64,000 nucleotides of DNA from Mobula hypostoma. Its lineage: Eukaryota. Location: positions 39,432,001 through 39,496,000 of the forward strand of contig NC_086115.1 of NCBI RefSeq assembly GCF_963921235.1, in the 5' to 3' direction. Under the pieces are notes generated by a model. It did no database searches. It worked only from the letters and a program-made list of their open reading frames with translations, and had not been told where the DNA came from. The position numbers were made by a program, and so were the translations under genes. Positions 25,480 to 37,212 of this stretch are shown here, piece by piece. Each line of letters opens with the position of its first letter. Positions within the stretch are counted from its first letter, which is position 1.

Positions 25480-25990
25480 TCAGAATCAGATTTTATAGCA
25501 TTCGCATATGTCATGAAACTTGTTGCATTTTGGCCACAGTACATTGCAATAGATAATAATAAGAAAAAGCTATAAATTACAATAAATATATATATAATTT
25601 AAATAAGTTGTGCAAAAAGAGAGCCAAAGAGAAAAAAAATAGTGAGGTAATGTATATTGGTTCGAATAAACTCTTCTTGGGCTTCCAGCCGGGTACAGGT
25701 AAATGGAAATCTGATTGTCTATTCAGAAATCTGATGGCAGAGAGGAAGAAGCAATCCAGCTGTTCCTGAAATGTTGAGTGTGTGCCTTCAGGCTCCAGTA
25801 CTTCTCCTTGATGGCAGTGCTGAGAAGAGGGCATGTCCTGGGTGATGGGGGTCCTTAATGATGGATGCCGGCTTTCTGAGGCATCGCCTTCAGGTATGGA
25901 GGCACCGCTGTGCAGGATCAGAAAAGGCTGCAGAAAGTTGTGAACTCAATCAGATCCTTCATGGGCACTAGCCTCTGTAGGCTCTTCCAT
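25480..25990 (-). mobile_element. Rex1/Babar-like LINE 3' fragment
   Basis: gaatcagaatcaga tail on the plus strand; same C-terminal block (ccttcaggctcc...gatggatgccg) as other copies. Confidence 0.8.
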
Positions 25991-26059
25991 TCAGTCCAAG
26001 TTGCTTAACACCCAAGATTTAACATTCGAATGGGCATGCAAATAACTATATCTGTATGA

Positions 26060-27080
26060 GGGGCAAGTTTTAACTGAGAGAGTGGTGGATGCCTGGAATT
26101 CGCTGCTTGCTATGGTGGTAGAGGCAAATACATTTTAAGAGACATTTGGATAGGCACATGGATGTAAGGAAGATAGACGGAACAAAATAATCTGCAGATG
26201 CTGGGGTCAAAGCAATACTCAGAACACGCTGGAGGAACTCAGCAGGTCGGGTAGCATCCGTGGAAACGATGAGTCGACGTTTTGGGCCGGAACCCTTGGT
26301 CAGGACTGAAGAGGGAAGGGGTAGAGGCCCTATAAAGAAGGTGAGGGAGGGTTGGAAGGAGAAGGCTAGTAGGTTCAGCTGAAAAGCCAGTCATTTGAAA
26401 GACAAAGGGGTGGGGGAGTGGAAGCAGGGAGATGATAGGCAGTAAAACAATGGGTAGTAGAAGGAGGCGGAACCATCAGGGAGGTGATAGGCAGCTGGGG
26501 GAGGGGGCAGAGTGAAATAGGGATAGAAGAAGGGAGGGGGAAGGAATTACCGGAAGTTGGAGAATTCCATGTTCATACCAAGGGGCTGGAGACTACCTAG
26601 AGGGTGTATGAGGTGTTGCTCCTTCAATCTGAGTTTAGCCTCATCATGGCAGTAGCGGAGGCCATGTGTCAACATATCTGAATGGGAATGGTTCCGCCTC
26701 CTTCTACTACCCATTGTTTTCCTGCCTATCACCTCCCTGCTTCCCCTTCCCCACCCCTTTGTCTTTCAAATTACTGGTTTTTCAACTGAACCTACCAGCC
26801 TTCTCCTTCCAACCCTCCCCCACCTTCTTTATAGGGCCTCTGCCCCTTCCCTCTTCAGTCCTGACCAAGGGTTCCAGCCTGAAACGTCAACTCATCGTTT
26901 CCACGGATGCTGCCGAACTGCTGAGTTCCTCCAGCGTGTTGTGAGGAAGTTAGAGGGATATGGACATTGTGTAGGTAGGAGGGATTAGTGTTTGGGTGTT
27001 TTTCATTTGCTCTTTAGCTGGTTTGGCACAGCATTGTGGACCAAAGGGCCTTTTCCTGTGCTGTACTCTTCTATGTTCTA
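26060..27080 (+). mobile_element. CR1 3' end, split by a PLE insertion
   Basis: gagagtggtggatgcctggaattcgctgc...; resumes gagggatatggacattg...ttctatgttcta. Confidence 0.85.
26178..26943. mobile_element. PLE insertion with about 255-bp inverted arms and a GIY-YIG C-terminal spacer
   Basis: Arms 26218-26474 and 26690-26945; minus-strand spacer HSDMLTHGLRYCHDEAKLRLKEQHLIHPLGSLQPLGMNMEFSNFR; probable TSD aggaagataga/aggaagttaga. Confidence 0.9.
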
Positions 27081-27557
27081 TTTACCTGTGGCATCAAATA
27101 CAAATTAATTTTGGTTGGTAGAGAACTTTAATGAAAATTTTATATGCAGATCAAAGACAGGAATGATGACAGAAGCCCTATGACTGGGCCTGGGTTATGC
27201 AAGTGCTAGTGCGAATGGCATGAAAAGCAGTTTTCTGGCTGGAAGCTTTGCAATGTTTGCAGTGGAATCAATCAGCAGAATTGTATTGGTCAGAGCTGCC
27301 AAATGTTTTAATTGTCTGAAGCAAGCACATACAAATACTCAATGTATAGCTAAACAAAGCAAATTACGCCTAACCAGAGACAGTCAAGCAATATCTCAAT
27401 GGAAGGAAAACAATGATCGTACAAAACCACAGAAAGCTAAGTTCTCACAACACTGAGATGAATGAACAACTCAGTTATCCATTCAACATAACATCCGAGT
27501 TACGGTAATGATAAAGTAAAACAGGGGTTTCAAATTAGAGTATAAATTTATAATCTA

Positions 27558-28062
27558 CAGTACTACGCAAAAGTCTGTAGCCTAAGACTTTATCACATTA
27601 CTGTATTTGTCAACATGGAGCAGAGAGTGAGTTTGTAAATCTGGCAGGAGCAAAGGATGTTGGGAATGGTGAGGGTGGTGTACCGCAGGAGGGGTGAGGG
27701 ACGGGAGGCAGAGAAGGAGAGCCAGGGGCAGGGTGTGGTGTTGGTATAAACACACCCAGGCCTGAGACACCAGGCAAGGTCATTTGGTTCCAAACCATTG
27801 GTTTACTGATCAATACAGAATGTCTCTTTGATGCGCCTGTTCTCTTTCCTCTCCATTCCTCTTTTTGCCATCATGATTCCCCTCTCCTTGCCCCTTTCTC
27901 CACTCTCAGACCACAATAGAGACTTATATCTGATTCAAGGTTATCATCACTCACATATGTCTTGAAGTTTGTTATTTTGTGGCAGCAGTACAGTGCAATA
28001 CATAAAACTACCACAGTACACCCTAGCTATATATGTGTGCCTGAGACTTCAGCACAGTACTG
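27558..28062 (-). mobile_element. Non-autonomous element with Tc1-like termini (copy B)
   Basis: ta|cagtactacgcaaaagtct ... agacttcagcacagtactg|ta; interior aligns in reverse with 61225-61636. Confidence 0.75.
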
Positions 28063-28213
28063 TATACAGCAACATGACTGATGACACTACTATAAAAATA
28101 TAGAATGGTGCCATTAGATAGAAGTTGTGGAAACCAAGGCTGTCAAATATAATGGTTGATAATTTCAACAGGTTGCCACTACTACAAGGTCGGGTTAGAA
28201 TGGGAAAATATAC

Positions 28214-28380
28214 AGTGGATTCTGGTTAATGGGGCCATCAGTTAATCGGGACAGCGTCTTATTTTAGACAATTCTTAAAGAACAAAATTAATCAAGAAAA
28301 TAGCTGGGATTTCCATCATTTATTTGGGACAAGAGACTTGTGTTGAACAAGTTTCTAACTAGCATCAGTTGCATGTACTG
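28214..28380 (+). mobile_element. Tigger/pogo-like MITE left end
   Basis: ta|cagtggattctggttaat, the same terminus as the element at 48914-49665. Confidence 0.6.
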
Positions 28381-28384
28381 GTGA

Positions 28385-28795
28385 GGCTGTGTCCTCTGGC
28401 CTTAGACTCTCCCACCACAGGAAACATCCTCTCATCATCCACTCTATCAAGGTTTTTCACTATTTGAGAGATTTCAATCAGGGTGCCCCTCATTCTTCTG
28501 AATTCTAGTGAATACAGGCCCAGAGCCATCAAATGCTCTTCATGTGACAAGCTATTCAATCCTGGAATAATTTTCGTGAACCTCATTTGAGCCTTCTCCA
28601 GTGTCAGTGCATCCTTTCTAATTTAAGGCACCCAAAACTGCTCACAATACTCCCACCAGTGCTTTATACAATGTCAACATTACATTCTTGCTTCTATATT
28701 CTAGTTCTCTTGAAATGAATGCTAGCATCGCATTTGCATTCCTCACCACATTCTCAACCTGCAAATTAACCTCTAAAGAATCCTGCACAATAATA
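28385..28795 (-). mobile_element. CR1 RT C-terminal fragment
   Basis: RFTKIIPGLNSLSHEEHLMALGLYSLEFRRMRG. Confidence 0.9.
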
Positions 28796-29311
28796 TTGTT
28801 AGGACATATGAATCACAATATTTCAATATACCCAGTGAATCAATGACTTCAACACAAACACTGTGGCTAAAGATCGCAAGGACTTGCAGAAACCAATGAA
28901 TCAGTTAAATTTGCAAAATTTGTAAAATTGTTAAATCAGTTTGTTTTTCTTTTTTAGAAAAGAAACAAAAGCAATGTAGCACATGTTCTATCAGTTGTGA
29001 CCAATGATTGCTACTTAAAGAATGCCATCCTTTTAAAGATTGCTATTATCCTTTCTGGGCTTCATCACTATTTGCAGAAAGTTCCAAAGATGGCCTACTA
29101 AGAGTCTTTGAATAAACAGCATGACTTTGTTTAAGCTCTTCATGTCTCAGGTGTTTAGCTATGTTCATTCTCAGTGGACTTTCTTACAGATTAGGAAGCT
29201 ATTAAATAGATTTTCTACTCCATTAAACGGGTTAGGATTGGTCACTGTGGGCTCCTTTCTCAACCTACCTTGCCAAGAATCACTATGAGTCAGCAGGATA
29301 CTTTAATCTTA

Positions 29312-30204
29312 TGTTACGTACCCCGTAACTGGGTGGCCAAACCAGCAGAAATGGATCACTCAGTTGGAGCCTGGATTACTAGAACTAAGAAAGTTTTATT
29401 AAAGAAACAAGCAACACAGTACTCTAATCAAAAAAGGATAATAAATGCAACAGTTCAGCAATGATAAACACACATGTACACAGAATTAAGATAACAAGAT
29501 TAATCAAGCTCTATCGTTGTCTAGGGGTAAATGACCAATTTCAAAGTGACGCAAAGTTCAGTCCAATTTAGTTCAGTTCGCAGTAATCGTTGCCGTGGCG
29601 ATGGACAATGTGGGGGGAAGGAGAGAGAGAACAAGAACGAATGATCATTCAAAACGGCTTCCACACACAGACCTGCGATATTGCTCACAAGCAGCTTTCG
29701 GGCGAGTCCTTTGTGATGTCACCTGAGGTCACCGACTGTGACCCCTCCTCCAGATGCGGTCGATCCTCTGCAGTGAACCTGGCACCCAAGCAAGGGTGGA
29801 CACACACCGGGTTCCCGCTGATCGTACCTTTCCATCCTGTGCGTCTATGGCTTGGTTCCGCAACCAGCCTTCCAAACGACTCCCGCCGACTTGCAGGGGG
29901 GCACCGCTTCCAGGGTCTCGTTACCTCATGGTGTCGTGTGTGTCTTGCCTTAGCGAACCTGTCCCTTTTTATCCCCCTGCTGGGGTATCGCCTGTCCATC
30001 ACACTTCAAACAGTTCAGGGTTCAAAGGGGGAGCTGATCTTGACAATACCCAGACTGATGGCTCCTTCATTAACATCTCCAAATGCTGCTTCATTGTGTT
30101 CCTTATCTCTCCCTCCCCTGAGGACAGGTGGCAGACCAACTGCTGATGCCACTGGTGCTAGCCCAGGCTAGCAAACATCTTAATTTATGTGTATTCTCGT
30201 CACA
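29312..30204 (-). mobile_element. Solo LTR (893 bp), probably Gypsy-type
   Basis: Ends TGTTACG...CGTCACA (7-bp inverted, 1 mismatch); minus-strand AATAAA near 29397-29402 and gggggataaaaagg TATA-like site near 29965-29980; CpG-rich; no real ORF. Confidence 0.8.
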
Positions 30205-30829
30205 GTAAATACATATCATTGCTGCTGGTAAGATATAGTGAATGGGTTTGGAAAACATTGGGGCTTATTTTCCTCTGGTTCCGTAACTATTAATTGGCTT
30301 TTGCAATTTTTCATTGGCATATTTATCCACTTCAATTATTCTATTCCTTTGAGAAGCAATCATATGCAGCAGGCAACAGACTAATGAAGGTTATCAACCA
30401 GTCTTTTCCAACATCTGGTTGGGATTTTTCTACATCGCCTTCATATGTTGAGGTAAATCCTTTGCCATACTAATTTGTCTTTGTTCTGCCAGAGTGTGAG
30501 TGCTGTGCCAATGAAGGCTGTTCAATTGTACTTTTCCCCAGCTGAGCGCTAGCTGAAATGTCAAAGTGGTGCTGTGCCATTCTGATGGCCAAGAAGAAGC
30601 CTGATGAGGCCCCAGTACAATCCACTTCACTGCATCTCTTGTTCCTATAGAAGGAAACAGGTTTATAGGGAAGGTATGATAGATTATATCGGGGGTTGTT
30701 TACTTTTTCCTCCTAATGGCAGCTCAGGAGTGTGGAGGAATTTTTGAACCAGCTTTGGAATTTTACCCAACCCCATACGACAAGGGGAGGAACTGCTGCA
30801 TACTCTACCAAAATTTAAAGGGGGCGGGT

Positions 30830-31368
30830 AGTGGATACAGCCCAGTCCATCAAGGTAAAGCATTCCCTACTATATCTACATGGAATGCTCTTGCGAGAAA
30901 GCAGCATCCAATAATTCAGGGATCCCCACCGTCGAGGCCATGCTGTCTTCTTGCTGCAGCCATCAGGAGGAAAGTACAGGAGCCTCAAGACCCAATCCAC
31001 CAGATTTAGGAGCAGTTATTACCCCTCAACCACTAAGATATTGAACCAGAGGGGCTAACTTCACTTACCCCATGACAGAAATGTTCCTACAACCTAGAGA
31101 CACATTTTTAAGGACACTTCATCTCATGTTCTCGATATTTATTGTCTATTTGTTTATTTATTTATTTATTATTTCCCTTTTTTTGGTTTTGTATTTGCAG
31201 TTTGTTGTCTTTAGCACATTGATTGTGCATCTTGTAGTGTGCGGTCTTTTATTGATTCTATTTTGTTTCTTTGTATTTACTGTGGAAGTCTGCAAGAAAA
31301 TGAATCTCAGGGTTGTATATGGTGATATGCAGTTTATATACTTTGATAATAAATGTACTTTGAGCAAC
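30830..31368 (+). mobile_element. Rex1/Babar-like LINE 3' fragment
   Basis: gctgcagccatcaggaggaaagtacaggagcctc C-terminal block; ttgataataaatgtactttga tail. Confidence 0.8.
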
Positions 31369-32379
31369 TAACGCTCTGGCACAGGTGGACTCCATCCCGT
31401 ATTCATAGCTGTGGCAGTACCACCTACCACTTGGCCAATGTTAATTCCTAGTCTCTTTGATGAGCTATTCCACATATATTATTGTACATAACAATTCCTT
31501 TTAATATTCCTGTCATTTCTTATCAACAACCATCTACATGCCTTCCACTTCATCCATGGTCCTGTGCCCAGTGGTTCTGATAACATCATGCACAAGTTTG
31601 ACAGGTACAAAAAATAGGTTTCCACTGAGCTCAATGTACTTAACAATATACCAGAGAAGCAGGGATATAACTGAGATTAAACTAAAGCAAGTAGGATCAA
31701 TCCTGGTAAGTAATCATGTACTTAATATTAGTAGAACTCCCTGTCTTCTTTATTGGTTATGATTTGGATATTTCTTCCTCAATTTTTTTAAATCTCTGAA
31801 CTGTCCCTGAAAACATATGTGTGAGTTTTGAATATATTTCCTGTACTTTATCTCTTTTATTTTCTGCTCAGTTCCCTATTCAGTAGTGCAGCTCTGACCT
31901 TGCAGGAGAGTGATTTTCATTCTTTTTAATCACTTCCGTTCTGTTTACAATGTCAGTCACAGACAGCAAAGCTGAGAGTTGAGACCACTATGTGACTGGC
32001 TCTGCTAACAGCATTATCAAGGGGTACACGTGTCTCCTGTTAAATCGATTGAGAGTTTAATTTAACAAAGACGCGTCTTTCCTTCTAACAAATAAGCGGA
32101 TTCCAATTTTACTTGTCATCTATTTTTGGCTGAAACCTCTTTGCTGATTTCACAGTCTATGGTTGTGAGTTATGGAGCAATTTCTTTTGACTTCTAACCT
32201 GATGACAGAATATGTTGAAGTATATTTAATGAATGTTTTCTCCACTTTGTTCAGTTGACAACGCCATGCAGACCAAGAGAAGGAATAAGAAACCAAAAAT
32301 GATGGGCATACTGGTAAAACAAGGACAGACTGCCAATATGAATTCATAGTGAGCTTTCTGCTGACCCAACGTTTCATAG

Positions 32380-32925
32380 TTGAAAATCAAATTCAAAATA
32401 AAATTATTATCAAAGTATGGATATGTCACCATATACTACCCTGAAATTCATTTTCATATGGGCATTCACAGTAGAACAAAGAAATGCAATAGAATCAATG
32501 AAAACCTAGATTCAAGGACGGACAAGCAACCAGTGTGCAAAAGAAGACAAACTAAGCAAATACAAAAATAATAAATAAGTAGTAAGTAAATAATGCTGAG
32601 AGCATGAGTTGTAGAGTCTTTGAAACTGAGTCATAGGCTGTGGAATCAGTTCAGTGTAAAGCTGAGTGAAATTACCAGGCTGGTTCATGGTGTGGGACCT
32701 AAGGCTCCTGTACCTCCTTCCAGAAGGCAGCGGCAAGAAGAGAGTATGGTCTGGATGGTGGGAGTCCTCGATAATAAATGCTGCTTTCTTGCGGCAGTGC
32801 TACTTGTAAATGTGCTTAATGGTGGGGAGGGCTTTTCCTGTGATGGGCTGGGCTGCATACACTACTTTTGGTAGGATTTTTTTGTTCAAGGGCATTGGTG
32901 TTTCCATACCTGGCTGTGATGCAGC
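32380..32925 (-). mobile_element. Rex1/Babar-like LINE 3' fragment
   Basis: Minus strand LPSGRRYRSLR; aaatcaaattcaaa tail on the plus strand. Confidence 0.8.
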
Positions 32926-33419
32926 CAGTCTGTTTTTGGGCATTTACGTACTTCATGAGCTCAGAACACACTCGTTCTCACATTGGGATTTCTAAATCGG
33001 GAATATGGTACACTCTTTAATGTGGTGCCTGCACTTCCTGCAGCGTAGTGTCTGAGAAATGGTTCTCTGCATTATTCAGGACATTGAAACAGCACTGCTG
33101 TTTGTTAAACTAATATAAAGAATTATAGTTTTATCTGTGAGGTCCACAATACAGAATGGAGTTGGTTTCACGGTGGAATAACATGCTGAAACTGGCCCTG
33201 TCACAGTTCTCAGCATGTCACACAACAGGCGAGATTTCTGGGGCCAGCTCTTAAAGTGACATGCTGGAATACAGGCAGGTCACTTTCAGCTGCAGGGGAG
33301 TGGGTCAATGTTGTCGTGAAGTGTGAGGGTGGGAGGATGCTGCACTCAGAGAGATTTGTGGGGGTATTGGGTAAAGCCTGCTGGGTCATAGCCAGCTACT
33401 CCTGGCAGCAGGTTTTCAG

Positions 33420-33775
33420 GGAGAGACAGAGTCAGAGTCAGGTTTTTTATCACTGACATATGTTGTGAAATTTATTGCTTTGTAGCAGCAGTGCAGTGCA
33501 ACGCACGAAAAATAAAGTAAGGTACATACGACACAAATAAGTCGTGCAAAAAAAGCACATAAAGTGAAGGAATGCTCATGGGTCCATGTTCTGTTCAGAA
33601 ATCTGACGGCGGAGAGGAAGAAGTCATTCCTAAAACATTGAGTCTGTGGCTTCAGGCTCCTGTATCTCCTCGCTGATGGTAGTAATGAGAAGAAGGCTTG
33701 TCCTGGATGGTGTGGGCCCTTAGTAATGGATGCCGCCTTCTTGAAGATGTCCTCAGTGGTGGCGAAGCTAGAGGT
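33420..33775 (-). mobile_element. Rex1/Babar-like LINE 3' fragment
   Basis: Same C-terminal block and gagtcagagtcag tail. Confidence 0.75.
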
Positions 33776-35119
33776 CTGTAAGCAATAATCCTACTGCTTG
33801 GAAGTATATAATGCAGGTCGATGCTCATGTCCACTCTACCTACTGTGTCATGAAGGAAGAGCAGATAAAGTCTCCTTTTCTTCAAATCCGAGTGTGGATC
33901 TCATGAATGCAGCAGTGAGTGTTAAACATTAAGATGTGGCAAACACCTGATCTTGCTGCAGATAATAAATGGAGACAGTGACCATGACCTCCCTGGGCAA
34001 GGCAATCAAGCAATGTGTGAAGTTGTATTTAAAGCCATACCATTTGCAGATCTCAGTAAAGACAAAGAATACAATATGAGTGATGGCATGGGGAAATGTG
34101 TTTAGTTAAAAAAAATACAGCTGTTCTGTGAGGGAATAAGTCCTGTCATTTATCAGACCAGTATGGTTGAAAATCTCACTGCGGATAAACTTTTCATGTT
34201 GGACGAGGTCTAGACAGGTGTTGTTCTGGGGAAAAAAAACCCTTATCAAGAATGAAAATCTCACCAATTCATGAGGAGGCTATTTTTTTTCCTGCAGGCA
34301 CTAAATATGCACAAAATAATCGTTATTCGGGTTAACCAAATTTTTAACTGCACAACATTGTTTACTTTGGAGCAGCAGATTTCTAGTTTCAGAAGTTTTT
34401 ATTTTCCACTTCAACTTCAAGTGACCTGCCTTCTCGTACAGATTGATCTGTCATTTTATAGTTTCCCAGTGGCTTGCTCTCAGCTTCTGGCTTTGCTGTT
34501 TAAAGTCCCCATTTTTCTCCTCCTTTCACACCAGGGTGAAACAGGACTTCTGCTTGCTGCCTCGATCCCAACCAAAACGGTGCAAATGACACTAACTAAA
34601 AATCTGCTGGTTCACCAAGATAGTTGCTGTGACGGTAGAGTTAGTGTACCAGAGAGGTGAATTTTAATATGCTTTAAAATGTTTCTTCTCTCATGACTGA
34701 CTTACTTTATATTCTAGCAGAGAGGATGACGTTTTAAAATCTTAATGATTATGCCAGGACTGTAACAATGGCTCTCTTCAACAATCAGCAACCCACTGTA
34801 TAGTCCATCAAGTGTCTCAGGATGATTGTAGCATATTGTATTTTGCTTAGGATCAGAAAGTCTTGCTGGCTCCAGTGCTGATGAAGGAAGGTGAGGATAA
34901 TGTCAAAATCAGTGACCATGGAATGTATGATTTTAATGGGAAACCTACTCACCTTAAGTAGGCACTTCACTTCTGCCTGTCCCCTTATTACATCATTTGT
35001 GAATGACCAAAAATACAGGTCATATAAATTCTAACAAATACAACAGGCTGCCAAATAACTTTAGTACAAGTAATGTTAATGGACTTGAAGAATGGCTACA
35101 TAACTAGCTGGCAAATTGG

Positions 35120-35855
35120 GACTTGGGAGTCCTTGTGCAGAACACCCTAAAGGTTAACTTGCAGGTTGAGTCAGTGTTGTGGAAGGCAAATGTCATGTTA
35201 GCATTCATTTCAAGAGGTCTAGAATACAAGAGCAAAGATGTGATGCTGATGCTTTATAAGGCACTGGAGAGGCCTCACCTTGAGTATTGTGAACAGTTTT
35301 GGGCCCCTCATCTTAGAAAAGATGTACTGGCATTGGAGAGGGTCCATAGGAGGTTCACAAGGATGACTCCAGGAATGAAAGGGTTATCATATGAGGAATG
35401 TTTGATGGCTCTGGGTCTGTACTCACTGGAATTCAGAAGGATGTGGCGGGGGTGGGGGGGGGGAGAATCTCATTGAAACCTTTCAAATATTGAAAGGCCT
35501 AGACAGAGTAGATGTGGAAAGGATATTTCCCATGGTGGGAGAGTCTAGGACAAGAGGGCACAGCCTCAGGATAGAGGGGTGCCCTTTCAAAACAGAGAGG
35601 TGGAGAAATTTCTTTAGCCAAAGGTGGTGAATTTGTGGAATTTATTACCACAAACAGCTGTGGAGGTTAGGTCATTGGGTATATTTAAGGCAGAGATTGA
35701 TAGGTTCTTGATTGGACATGGCATCAAAGGTTATGGGGAGAAGGTCAGGAACTGGGGTTGAGGAGGGGGAAAAATAAGGGTCAGCCATGATTGAATGGCA
35801 GAGCAGACTCCATGGGCCAGAAGGCCTAATTCTTCTCCTATGTCTTATGGTCTTA
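35120..35855 (+). mobile_element. CR1 3' fragment
   Basis: LYKALERPHLEYCEQFWAPHL...GLYSLEFRRM; tcttatggtcttatg tail. Confidence 0.92.
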
Positions 35856-35988
35856 TGGCAAATGAATAATGACAGAAACATGGAAGGTGTGACAATTTGC
35901 AAGATAAATAAGGAAGTTCATTATAAAAATATTAAACATTATATTGAGAAGCAAAATGATTTCTGAGTGCAACAAGAATTACTACAAG

Positions 35989-36079
35989 CAACACACATCA
36001 AAGTTGCTGGTGAACGCAGCAGGCCAGGCGGCATCTCTAGGAAGAGGTACAGTCGACGTTTCAGGCCGAGACCCTTTTG
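35989..36079 (-). mobile_element. 91-bp PLE terminal insertion with 14-bp TSD
   Basis: TSD agaattactacaag at 35975-35988 and 36080-36093; contains the distal half of the hammerhead motif. Confidence 0.9.
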
Positions 36080-36543
36080 AGAATTACTACAAGTTATGAT
36101 TGAGCTAATATGTAAGTAACAAAAGCAAACCAAGCACTGGGATTCAATCCTAGAGGGTGGGAATTGTAAAGCAGGAAAGCTATACAGTGCTATACCTGTT
36201 TAGACCACACTCGAGATGCCATCTGTAGCGCAGGTTGTCTCATTACATTAAAAAAAATAGGAGGGGATGATAAATTGATTATAAATGATGATAAAATAGC
36301 TGTGCTATTGTCCCTATTTAGAAAGGATGAGGAGGCTCGGTCCTGTTTCTTGGGGGAAAAAATAGTTGAAGAGTGATCGAATGGAGCTCTTTAGCACTGT
36401 GAAAGTCATTGGCAAAGAGAAGGAGTGGGGTTGCTTCCAGTTGTGAGGAAGGGCAAAATCTGAGGCAATTTTTCTCAGCAAATTGCCAAAACAATTAAAC
36501 AACACACTTAGAAGGAACTTCATTAACAAAATATTGACGAATA

Positions 36544-36815
36544 CAGTGCTTGGTAAAAGTATTCGGCCCCCAACCCATTGTTCACATATTACAGCTAGGG
36601 ATTTTGATAAATTTAAATGAGAATTTTTTATTTGTGAAACACATGCTCCTTTTTTTCACAGTAGAGCCCAAAAAGCAGGAAAATTATAAAGCATGAAAAG
36701 CCGAAAATTCAAAACCTGAGGTATTAACAGTTCAAGAGTATTCAACCCCCTCTGCTCAGTACTTAGTTGAACCACCTCTTGCAGCTATTGCAGCCAGTCA
36801 TCTTTTGAGATAAAT
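36544..36815 (+). mobile_element. Tc1-like transposon left end, truncated
   Basis: ta|cagtgcttggtaaaagtattcggcccc terminus with an inner repeat gagtattcaacccc (IR/DR-type end). Confidence 0.75.
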
Positions 36816-36844
36816 ACTGCTGGGGTTGAATAGCCCATTGCTGT

Positions 36845-37212
36845 AGAGAGTTGTGGACTCAGCCAGCTGTATCACTGGCACAATCCTCCCCATCATCGAA
36901 GACATCTTCAAAAGGCTGGTGCTTCAAGAAGGCAGCATTAAAGACCCTCACCATCAGGGTCATGCCCTCTTACCATTACTGCCAGCAAGGAGGAAATGCA
37001 GGAGCCTGAAGAACCACACTCAAAATTTTAAGAACATTGTTCTCCCTTCCACCATCAGATTTCTGAATGGATCACAAACTCATGAACACTACTTCGTTAT
37101 TCATCTTTTGCAGTATTTTATTTATTTTTAGAACTTTTATTTTTATGTACTGCTGCTGCAGAACAGTAAATTTCACAACATATGTCAATAATATTAAACC
37201 TGATTCTGATAT
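36845..37212 (+). mobile_element. Rex1/Babar-like LINE 3' fragment
   Basis: IKDPHHQGHALLPLLPARRKCRSLK; attaaacctgattctgat tail. Confidence 0.8.

Noticed and set aside
29590-30171. 193-aa ORF and overlapping ORFs
   Set aside because: All lie within the GC-rich solo LTR, where long open frames arise by chance.
31657-31707. 51-nt AG-GT segment (RSRDITEIKLKQVGSIL) with a gtaagt donor
   Set aside because: Poor polypyrimidine tract and no homology recognised.
32256-32315. Strong acceptor followed by DNAMQTKRRNKKPKMMGIL and a weak donor
   Set aside because: Not similar to any Pol X segment, the donor is weak, and nothing else supports it.
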